A stretch of 61,929 nucleotides of DNA, the filler included. It is 11 parts of 11 records of this genome, joined end to end, with 100 filler letters (N's around TTAATTAATTAA, not from the genome) between each part and the next. Parts side by side here need not be neighbours in the genome. Positions count along the whole stretch, not along the records: positions 44,857 to 53,972 come from SRR7504441_13297; positions 54,073 to 61,929 come from SRR7504441_13298; 9 more parts are not named here. One strand, given 5' to 3'. Under the pieces are notes generated by a model. That model saw only the letters and a list, made by a program, of their open reading frames with translations, was not told the origin of the DNA and ran no database searches. This document shows, piece by piece, positions 47,505 to 56,009 of the stretch; positions within the stretch are counted from its first letter, which is position 1, and the number at the start of each line of letters is the position of its first letter. A program made the translations under genes and the position numbers.

Positions 47505-49391
47505 CTACCCAAAGACTCCTGCCATCGCCCGGCCCATCGCCCCACACTCGGACTTGTGTCCGTGCTTCCAGTGCATCAGCTGACAATCCTTGGAGCAGTA
47601 ATACACGGCCTTGCACCGAGAGCACTTCTTCATCGCATCCGGGGTCGCACAAAAGCTGCACTTGGGACCGATTGGCGCGTCCACCGCCAGCTTCAGCCGC
47701 CGGTTCGGGTCCCCACCCTTGTTCATCCGAGTGTCGTGCCGCAGCACCAGATGCACATTCTCTCCGCTCGCCGAAGTTCCATTTATGCTGGCGGCCAGGA
47801 TATCTCGCTTCTCCAGCTCTACCGGCATCTTGACAGGCAGCAGCAGCCCGGCGGCGTCTGTCACATTCTTGATCGGATTCTTCACCCCGAGATGCCGCGG
47901 CACGAACCGGTACTCGAGCACGAGCGCCGTCACTGTGATCGCCACCAGCCCCGACGCAGTGGTCGAGTGCCCAAAGTTGGCTTTGTGCCCTGTAAGCACC
48001 AGCTGGTTTGGGGCTGTCCTTGCCCCGGCCAGTGCCTGGCTCACTGCATCGACTTCAGCCGCGTCTGACATGGTGTTGCCGGTCGCGTGCAGATGCGTCA
48101 CTCCAATCGATTCTACTGGCAGCTGCGACATCTGGATGGCCGTCTCGGCCGCCTGGCACATGCAGGCCTGGTCGGCCGTCCCCGGTGCCAGCATGGCGCT
48201 TGTGGTGCTGGTGCCCCACCCGAGCACGCCCCTGTGCACCTGCTCGCCCGCCTCCGCTCGCTCAAATACGACAGCCGCCGCGCCCTCACCCAACACGGCC
48301 CCGTCCGCTGCTTGGTCCAGCGGGCGCATCACGCCGCGCACCGACCGCTCGACCAGCTGGCAGAAGGTGGGCTTGGGCTTGAGCAGCAGCGAGGCGCCGG
48401 TGCACAGCACAGTGCCGCACTGCTGTTGGATGATGTGCTCAGCCGCGTGCTGCGCTATCAAATAGCCGGAGGAGCAGGCGGCCTGAACGTTGTTGTGCGG
48501 TCCGTTGGCCTTGAGCGTCTGGGCCACCAGCCGGGCGATGATATAGGTCGGGGTAGTGACCACAAAGTCTGTGCTGTCAGCCGCAGTGAACACGCCGAGG
48601 CCCTGGTCCCGCTCCTTGCTCCATCCAGCGCTGGCCAGCGCTTCGAGCGACACGCTCATCATCACCTGCTGGTGTATATCCACCTGCCCGGCCGCCTTGG
48701 GGAAGTGATCCGGCCACGCCTCCAGCTTCGCAATGAACCCGCCCACGAGCTTCTCGTCTGGCACACCCCGGATAGCAGTCAGCCACCGCTGCGGCGGCTC
48801 GAGTGTGATGTGGCTCACGGCCTTGTGCATTACGTCCCACAGCTCGGTCGGCGCCCGCACATCACCGGCCAGTGCCACGCTCATCCCGGCGATCGAGACC
48901 CCGGGCGGCACCGCTGACGGCACCAGCTGATGCGACGCTGCAGGGATGGCCACCGGCTGCGCATCGGGGGCTCGGGCCACCGGCTGAGGGTACCGCGGGG
49001 CCGGTGGTGTGGGGACGGCTGGAGCCGGCGCAGACCGAGCCGGCGGCACGGCCGGGGCTGGCGCGGCCGGGGCTGGCGCAGACCGAGCGGCCGGGGCTGG
49101 CGCGGCTGCGGTCAGATCGTCTGGGTCTTGGCCGGTGCTTGTGGCCTGGATGAGCCGGCGCCGGTGGTCCGGGTCGGCGATGCCCATGAAGTCCATGTCG
49201 TCGTCGTCCAGGCCCATGGACATGAGCACAGCCAAGTCGCAGTAGTCCTTGTTGACGAACTTGGACTCGAGCTCGCCCAGCCCAAGCCCGCACAGCCAGC
49301 CCACCAGCTCCGACCGCTTGCTGGCCTCCGCATCTTCCGCTTGCTGCCGATCGTACGTCACCCTCCGCTCCGCCTCCTCGGCGCACGCCAT
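47505..49391 (-). CDS. SAM domain - Pro/Ala linker - stand-alone type I PKS ketosynthase - MYND zinc finger fusion (628 aa, intronless)
   Basis: SAM: LVGWLCGLGLGELESKF...DLAVL...LDDDDMDFMGIADPDHRRRLIQA. KS: VSIAGMSVALAG...ELWDVM, GGFI, DIHQQVMMSVSLEALASAG, AACSSG, DGAVLGEGAAAVV, HATGN, KANFGHSTTASG, SGENVHLVL. MYND: CSFC-x8-CSRCKAVYYCSKDCQLMHWKHGHKSEC. The likely start is ATG 49391; the ORF-track extension upstream overlaps the next gene. Confidence 0.88.
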   Translation of the reverse strand: MACAEEAERRVTYDRQQAEDAEASKRSELVGWLCGLGLGELESKFVNKDYCDLAVLMSMGLDDDDMDFMGIADPDHRRRLIQATSTGQDPDDLTAAAPAPAARSAPAPAAPAPAVPPARSAPAPAVPTPPAPRYPQPVARAPDAQPVAIPAASHQLVPSAVPPGVSIAGMSVALAGDVRAPTELWDVMHKAVSHITLEPPQRWLTAIRGVPDEKLVGGFIAKLEAWPDHFPKAAGQVDIHQQVMMSVSLEALASAGWSKERDQGLGVFTAADSTDFVVTTPTYIIARLVAQTLKANGPHNNVQAACSSGYLIAQHAAEHIIQQQCGTVLCTGASLLLKPKPTFCQLVERSVRGVMRPLDQAADGAVLGEGAAAVVFERAEAGEQVHRGVLGWGTSTTSAMLAPGTADQACMCQAAETAIQMSQLPVESIGVTHLHATGNTMSDAAEVDAVSQALAGARTAPNQLVLTGHKANFGHSTTASGLVAITVTALVLEYRFVPRHLGVKNPIKNVTDAAGLLLPVKMPVELEKRDILAASINGTSASGENVHLVLRHDTRMNKGGDPNRRLKLAVDAPIGPKCSFCATPDAMKKCSRCKAVYYCSKDCQLMHWKHGHKSECGAMGRAMAGVFG

Positions 49392-49597
49392 GCAGCGCTT
49401 TGGGCTGGAGCGCAGCCGCTCGGCGCTTCCCAACGAATTCGTTAACTCTAGATCTACGAAGCTATTGTATCGGCCGGTACCAGTAGCAGTGAGTAGCTCT
49501 AGGTCAGCATGCAGTGAAAACGACGATTGAACCCCGATTAAATCGCTCAAGATGTATTCTATCTCGGTTAAATTGATGACGGGCAACTCAGTCCCCT

Positions 49598-50599
49598 TTA
49601 GATGTCGGCCCGTGCCGCGGCGAGCGAGTGGCCGTTCTCGTCCAAATAATCCCTCCACGACCGCTTGGCCTTCCAGCCCAGCAGCTCGGCCGCCTTGGCG
49701 CAGCAAATACCAGACGCGTCGGGCCGGTCCATCGGGCGGAGCTCCATTGCGTCGCCGTACTGAGCCTTGATGGCCGCAGCCATGTCGCGTCCCCCGATAT
49801 TATCCGCCGCAGCAATGTACACCACTTCATGCCCGGGCGCATCAGACTCGGCGGCCAGCACGATGGCATCGGCCAGGTCGTAGATGTCAATGTAGCTCCA
49901 GAGGCCCTCCTGTGGGATGCTCAGGTCCCGGATGAGCGGGCCCAAGTTCCGCTCGATGTTCCGCTCGTCCTGGCACCAGCTCGGCCGGATCGAGATCACG
50001 CTGAGCGCCCCTGAGCTCCGGCGGACCGCGGCCTCGCACAGCTGCTCGCCAAAGTGCTTGGCCTGGGCGTACGGGTTTGACGGTGCGCAAGGGTGCTGCT
50101 CGTCCACCGGGCAGTATTGAGGGTGGCAGACCGCCCCGCCCGGGGGGCCGAAGTTGGAGAAGAAACCCGGAGCTTGCTCGGAGCTAATGTTGACCAGGCG
50201 TGGCACGCCGAGCTGGACGCACGCCTCGATCACGTTAAACGTGGCCGAGATGTTGTTGGTGAACACAGTGTGCGGCGCGTTGTGCTCGATATCGGGGATG
50301 GCAGCGATGTGCACCACAGCGTCCGGACGAAAGCGGGCGATCATCGAGAACACCTCGCCCGCGTCGGTCAGGTCGGCCTGCTGGTAGTTCCACGGATCGG
50401 CCTCGCCCGGGGTGTCGAAGACCCCGCGAGCTAGGTCGGTCGCCACCACCTCCCACGGCTTGCCGGCGCTCGCCGCCTTGAAGGCCTGGACCACCCGGAT
50501 CCCGACTTTGCCGTTGGCCCCGGTGACCACCACCCGCCGCAAGCTGTCGTCCCGAGCCCCCGGGTACCGGTGTGCCGCCGTCCCAGCTGCGCCGTCCAT
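49598..50599 (-). CDS. NAD-dependent epimerase/dehydratase (extended SDR), intronless
   Basis: VVVTGANGKVG Rossmann motif, DAVVHIAA, NISS, catalytic YAQAK (YxxxK), YIDIYDLA. Confidence 0.9.
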   Translation of the reverse strand: MDGAAGTAAHRYPGARDDSLRRVVVTGANGKVGIRVVQAFKAASAGKPWEVVATDLARGVFDTPGEADPWNYQQADLTDAGEVFSMIARFRPDAVVHIAAIPDIEHNAPHTVFTNNISATFNVIEACVQLGVPRLVNISSEQAPGFFSNFGPPGGAVCHPQYCPVDEQHPCAPSNPYAQAKHFGEQLCEAAVRRSSGALSVISIRPSWCQDERNIERNLGPLIRDLSIPQEGLWSYIDIYDLADAIVLAAESDAPGHEVVYIAAADNIGGRDMAAAIKAQYGDAMELRPMDRPDASGICCAKAAELLGWKAKRSWRDYLDENGHSLAAARADI

Positions 50600-50644
50600 C
50601 AGTGCTCAGCCGGCTCAAAAGCCGTTACAATCTGCGAGGTGCCG

Positions 50645-53449
50645 ATGCGGTGCCTGGCAGTCGGCTGGGCGCTCTTCGTCTCTGCAGCGGCCGCCGCTTC
50701 TACGACAGCGACCGTCGACTGCGCCCTGGCCGAGACTGGAGCCCGGCCTCTGAGCAGCAGCCGCGTCTTCGCCACACTCGCCGGCGCCCTGAACGCGACT
50801 TCGCTGGCCTCCACGCCGACCACGATCTACATCAAGCCAGGCGGCATTTGTCATCTCGACGCGCCGATCCAGCTCACCGCCGAGCGCCACCCGAACGGCG
50901 TCAGCCTGCAAGGGGGTCCGGGCCCGGGTTCCGTCATCTCCGGTGGAGCACCAGTGACCGGCTGGAAGCCTGTGGCTTGGCCCGGCGCCCCGACCGGTGC
51001 TGTGTTCGCTGCAGACGTGGGCGCGTGGCCCGTGGAGATCAAGACCCTCCGGCACGGAGCCACCCGGCTCAGCCGCTCCAGATTCCCGCCGCTCGCCGGC
51101 GACGGCAGGAGCAGCCGCAACTGGCTGTTCGCTGCTGACTGGTCGGTGAAGCTTGCGCCTTCGGACAGCCGGCAGCTGCAGCAGCTGGGTATGGACCCGA
51201 GCCGGCTACCAGCTGCTGGCAAGGCGAACCTGTCCAGCCTGGTGGGCGCATACGCCCATGTGCTGGGGTGTATTGAGAACGACGTGAATTCGCAGCTGAC
51301 CAAAGTGCTCTCGGTTGGAGGGTCAGCCAGCAAGCCCACGTTGGGAATTGAATTCCGGAACTCGTTCAACGTAAACCAACGGTACTATTTGGAGAATGTG
51401 AGGTGGGCGCTCAGCCCGGGCACCTTCTACCACGACGAGCCCGAGGGGATGTTGTACTACTGGCCACTTGAAAAGACAACTAGCGAGCAGCTGGTGGGCG
51501 TGGTGGCGCCAAAGCTCGATCGGCTGATCGAGCTGGACCACACTGCTGGACATGCCATCCGGAATCTCACGTTCACCGATGCAACTTACTATGCCGATGG
51601 CTATTGGGACGGGCCAGCCCAGGAACCGAGCGATGCTGCAATCAGGATCAACTACTCTCATGATATCACCATTAGCGGCTGCAACTTCGTCGCCGGGCTA
51701 GGCGGTTATGGGGTGGCAGTTGGGAATGGATCGACCGATGTGACCATCTCGGCGTGCTTGTTTGATAGCTTGGGGCAAGGTGGCGTGATAGCGTATGGCT
51801 TCGATAGTTCACCAGTCCCAGCTGGCGGCGGCACCGTAGCTGGAAACAACACGCAGCCGCAAAGGGTCAAAGTATCTGACTGTGTCATGCAGACGCTCGG
51901 AGCTACAGGGACCACCCCGGGTCTGGTACATGTGGCTGGAGTGGCGCTACGCGCTGCTAGTTATTGCACAGTCTCACACAATCGCATTCGGACCACACCT
52001 CGGTATGGGCTTGAGGCCGATTCGTTTTATCCAGGCACGTTGCCTAATAAGTCACTCGTCTCTCGTGGTAACATCTTCGAGTACAATATCATCACAGATA
52101 CCAATCGCCTGACCACCGACACTGGCGCAATTGAGATGCTTGGTAGCGGAAAGCCGGAATCCATAGCTTGGTGGAACAACAACACAATCAGATTCAACAG
52201 GATCTCACACACACAGGGCTCCTCCTCGTCCAACGGTGCTGATGTTTGTGTGCACGGGCTGCCGGACAGCGGGTGTCGAGACTTGGTCTGGGGTATCTAC
52301 CTTGATGGCGGCGAGGCTGGTATCGTCATCCATGGTAACATCATCGATTCGACTCTTCACGGAGCCGTTTTCGACAACGCCGGCGGAAACAACTCACAGA
52401 CCAACAATATTTTCCTTGGCGATGCCTCAGTGCCAGCGGTCGGGGGTATCATGATGGACTTTGGGGCGCCTGGCCAGGGCGCTGGCCGAGCCATAGCTGG
52501 GAACGTAGTGAAGCGCAACATCTTCTATTGGACAGGCACCAACCCCCATCAAATCTATGCCTCGCAGATCGGCTGGTCTCCTGACTTTCTCAAACCGAAT
52601 GGCTCCGATTATAACTTGTTCTGGACCCCATCAGAGTCCACACCTGGTACGCTGCAAATATTCCCGGGTCAACAAACCCTGCCGGAGTGGCAGGGGGCAT
52701 CCAAACACAACCACACCATTGCGACATGTGGCACTGTGCCTGGTCTCGATGGCGTCATGGTCGTGACTGCAACCTGCGATTGGAAGTGGCTGTACAACAC
52801 TACCTCCAAGCGGCTTACATCAGCCCGGGATAGCGTGCTTGCTGTGGCGATCGACTGCAACGGCAACTGGGACAACTGCCGGGAAGGCAGCACGGATACA
52901 AGGCTGTGCCTGCAGGCTGCAGGCCCCTGGTCGCCGACTCCTCCCCCTCAGCCGGCAGTTGACAACTTTGGGTGGATCTATGACGCGGCCTCTGGGCGCT
53001 TGTCTGCTGTGGCCAGTGGCCATTGCATCGAGGTCTGTGACAGGGGCGGCGCTGTTGGTGGGTGTAATGGCGAGGCTGGGTCACGGATCCAGCTGGCAGT
53101 CTGTGTCCCTGGTGCTGCCAATCAGCAGTGGATCCTCGAGCAAGACGGCACTCTTCGGCCACGGTCCCTACAAGCAGAGAGCCAGTCTCTGTGCCTCGCG
53201 CCCCCGTCACTGGCAAACACTGGCCAGTTCGATGCAAACTCAATCATTGCCGACCCGCTTTTTGTTTCACCAGCGACGGGAGACTTCTCACTAGACGACG
53301 AGTCGCCTGCAATCACAAAGCTAGGGTTCGTGCCGATCCCACCTATCACAGCACCTGAAGCAAGGTGTGGTGGTAGCGACCTTCCGTCTTGTCTTTCCAT
53401 AGTCCTTGACACTAGCCAAACCGAGGCGATGCTGACCAATCGGGTCTGA
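50645..53449 (+). CDS. Secreted right-handed beta-helix protein (GH141/pectin-lyase-like fold) with a ricin-B lectin domain, intronless
   Basis: Signal peptide MRCLAVGWALFVSAAAAA; ISGGAPVTGWK; RYYLEN...PGTFY; PbH repeats (VSHNRI, IFEYNII, DTGAI, GIYLDG); ricin-like HCIEV...GSRIQLAVC...NQQW; terminal ADPLFVSPATGDFSL...SPA. Confidence 0.8.
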   Translation: MRCLAVGWALFVSAAAAASTTATVDCALAETGARPLSSSRVFATLAGALNATSLASTPTTIYIKPGGICHLDAPIQLTAERHPNGVSLQGGPGPGSVISGGAPVTGWKPVAWPGAPTGAVFAADVGAWPVEIKTLRHGATRLSRSRFPPLAGDGRSSRNWLFAADWSVKLAPSDSRQLQQLGMDPSRLPAAGKANLSSLVGAYAHVLGCIENDVNSQLTKVLSVGGSASKPTLGIEFRNSFNVNQRYYLENVRWALSPGTFYHDEPEGMLYYWPLEKTTSEQLVGVVAPKLDRLIELDHTAGHAIRNLTFTDATYYADGYWDGPAQEPSDAAIRINYSHDITISGCNFVAGLGGYGVAVGNGSTDVTISACLFDSLGQGGVIAYGFDSSPVPAGGGTVAGNNTQPQRVKVSDCVMQTLGATGTTPGLVHVAGVALRAASYCTVSHNRIRTTPRYGLEADSFYPGTLPNKSLVSRGNIFEYNIITDTNRLTTDTGAIEMLGSGKPESIAWWNNNTIRFNRISHTQGSSSSNGADVCVHGLPDSGCRDLVWGIYLDGGEAGIVIHGNIIDSTLHGAVFDNAGGNNSQTNNIFLGDASVPAVGGIMMDFGAPGQGAGRAIAGNVVKRNIFYWTGTNPHQIYASQIGWSPDFLKPNGSDYNLFWTPSESTPGTLQIFPGQQTLPEWQGASKHNHTIATCGTVPGLDGVMVVTATCDWKWLYNTTSKRLTSARDSVLAVAIDCNGNWDNCREGSTDTRLCLQAAGPWSPTPPPQPAVDNFGWIYDAASGRLSAVASGHCIEVCDRGGAVGGCNGEAGSRIQLAVCVPGAANQQWILEQDGTLRPRSLQAESQSLCLAPPSLANTGQFDANSIIADPLFVSPATGDFSLDDESPAITKLGFVPIPPITAPEARCGGSDLPSCLSIVLDTSQTEAMLTNRV

Positions 53450-53810
53450 TTTCAGTGGCAACTTCGGCTTTGTTAGGCATGATTACTTATGATCGATCGT
53501 AATAGATTGTGCTACTTGCGGGTGATTTGTTGTGTCATTCACTTTACATTCGTTTGTCGATACAACCATTGTCCTCAATTAGTCCTCAATGGCCTGAATG
53601 TGCGTCGAGAGGCTGATTCTGCCGTCGCACAATGCAGGTAATCATTATGTTCGTAATCTTTGCTGCATTTTTGTGTACACGGCAATATGATTATGACTAG
53701 CTGGCTAGCTAGTAGATCTACGGTCGCTATTGTGAACCTGTCAAATATTAATTAATACGTGTGTCATTTGGATGTCGTTTTGTGTCGTTTGTGCATGGTC
53801 CAAGTCGATG

Positions 53811-53972
53811 TCATACCGCCGCTGTGATGTGCCCTCTCGCTATATCCGTCACCTGAATCTGAGCCTCGTACCCGAGCTGCCCATCGCGGCCTAATCCGAA
53901 GCTGAAGACCGCGTCCCTGGTGCACACCACCGTATGCTCACTTCCTGCGGCCAGCGCCAGCACCCTGTGCCT
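53811..53972 (-). CDS. RCC1-repeat protein, 3' fragment
   Basis: Not in the ORF track. Frame reads VLALAAGSEHTVVCTRDAVFSFGLGRDGQLG, a typical RCC1 repeat; stop at 53811. Confidence 0.75.
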   Translation of the reverse strand, partial: RHRVLALAAGSEHTVVCTRDAVFSFGLGRDGQLGYEAQIQVTDIARGHITAAV

Positions 53973-54500
53973 NNNNNNNNNNNNNNNNNNNNNNNNNNNN
54001 NNNNNNNNNNNNNNNNTTAATTAATTAANNNNNNNNNNNNNNNNNNNNNNNNNNNNNNNNNNNNNNNNNNNNGCAGCAGTATGAGAAGGAGCTGTTCGGC
54101 GTGAGCCGATCGTCGATCTCGCGCGACCAGGCTCGCAAGTTGGGGGTGTGTTCGGTGGGCAAAGGACCGGACGGGATGTAGACCAAACCGCTGAGCACTG
54201 GTAACCCTGGTTCCCTCAACGGTGGCTGCAATGGCGGTGTGCTATTAATGTTTGGTGATTTGTCCGAACGCTTTTATTATTGATGTGATGTTGATGACTA
54301 GCCGACTAGCCGCGGCTAAACATGAGTCGTTGCAATCAATCGCGGTGATTTAAAGTGACCTAATTGATTATAAATAATCTGGATAGGTTCTCACGAATGC
54401 CACGCACAAGTACGATGGTCAAAAACACTTCAGTAAAAGGTTCCGCCTTCCTTTTCAGTCACCTTGCACGTCCGTTAGTCGGCCGTTCGCACCGGCTCAC

Positions 54501-55986
54501 ATGTCGGCGCTGCCTCCGAATCTCGCCGAGCGGGCGCTCAGCAGCAAGGCCACGCTATCAGCTGGTCCAGGCGAGGGCGCACCGGACCGCGCGCACATCC
54601 CGGCTGACCCCACGCTGGCTCCGCCAGAAGCAGCCGGTGATAGCAGCTTGGATCCAGCTGAGCCTGCAGCAGCGGAAGATGGCGAGACGCACCAGGTGAA
54701 AGTGGGCACGCTGGAGCTCCTGTTTGATCTGGTAATCGTTGTGGTGATCCACAACATCGCCGAGACGATTGAGGAAGGCCCGATCGACTTCCGCAAGGTG
54801 CTGACCTTCGGGCTGCGCGTCATGTGCAGCTGGTTCCTCTGGCACTCGACTGTCATGTGGCTCAACGCCTGGCAGACCAGTCGCCGTCGGGAGTACGGGC
54901 TGTTCGAACAAACGATGGTCGGACTGATCATGTGCGCCTTTGCCTTCATGGCCGCCGCCACCGCCTCGGACAACGACCAGCTCTTTCTATCGGTGTTCAT
55001 GGTGGCCTACGCTCTGATCACCTGCCTGTCGTTCTGCGGGCCATTAAAGAATAACGACAGCAGGTGGGCATTCCTGCTCGGGCTGGTTGCGATGGCCGGT
55101 TTCCTGACCCCAGCCGCAATCCTGGACAAGCATCGCGATTTGGCTCTAATCCTCTGGTCTAGCTGGGCCCTAGTCCTGGTTCTGATGCGGTTGGTTGGTG
55201 GCTATTTGTATACTGAACGGACGAAGGGTACACACTTTGTTGACCCTGGGCACCTCGTTGGTGCGCCCCAACCCCATCTAACTCTGATAGCGGGTGGCAG
55301 AGCGCTACGAGCTGCTTTTGCTCATCCTGCTTGGAGAAGTGGTCGGTGACAGCGCGCTAGCCACCACGGGCAGCCTCGATGCGCAGAATGCCTGGGTTGC
55401 TGTGAGCTGCATTCTGACCGCAATCTCTTGCTGGAAGCTTTGCTTCAGTGTGCCCCCGGCAGGATGGACTTCGGCAACCGAGATTGATGCCTTCAGAAAT
55501 ATGATATTCACGCATGTGTTTGTGTTGAATGCATGTGCATTGGCAGCACTCGGTTCGGGGTATGCTCGAGCGATTGCAGCCCTCAATGGTGAGCTGGAGG
55601 ATTCAGATAGCATCACGGCGATAAGAATGATGTGCATCTCACTCGGCCTATTTCTGGCAGCGAATGGCGGCGCAGTGGCCTGTGGCAGAGACCCTGTAGA
55701 ACTACACGCGCGGTGGTCGCCTCAATTGCGAGGAGCCGTGCAAGCGTTAGTAGGCGCTACCATTGGATGCACAGGGGCAGGGATAGGCGACCTGATAATC
55801 ATTCCTGTGTGGTGTGCGCTGCTCCCAATGACGGTCGTAGCATGCATCTTGCTGTCTCTGTGTGGGCAGCAGCCAATTGAGGGGGGGCAAGGAGAGGAGC
55901 AAGATCTAACGGCTGAGCCGAACCCGGTGCATGAAGGGCCTCAAGAAGGTCCAGCAAGTACATGTAGCACGGTTGCGGGACATTAA
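54501..55986 (+). CDS. Low temperature requirement A (LtrA)-like membrane protein, 1 intron
   Basis: LELLFDLVIVV and, after removing intron 55261-55300, HLVERYELLLLILLGEVV. These are the two hallmark LtrA motifs (ELFFDL; HLxERxxLxxIIxLGE). Confidence 0.8.
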
Positions 55987-56009
55987 TTAAATTCATGTAA
56001 ATTCGAAAC

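Noticed and set aside
49392-49706. 105-aa N-terminal extension of the KS fusion shown in the ORF track
   Set aside because: It starts at a non-ATG codon inside the SDR gene and crosses AT-rich intergenic DNA; ATG 49391 is the plausible start.
54073-54283. Short plus-strand frame QQYEKELFGVSRSSISRDQARKLG at the contig start
   Set aside because: Probably a gene 3' end, but too short and ambiguous in splicing to annotate.
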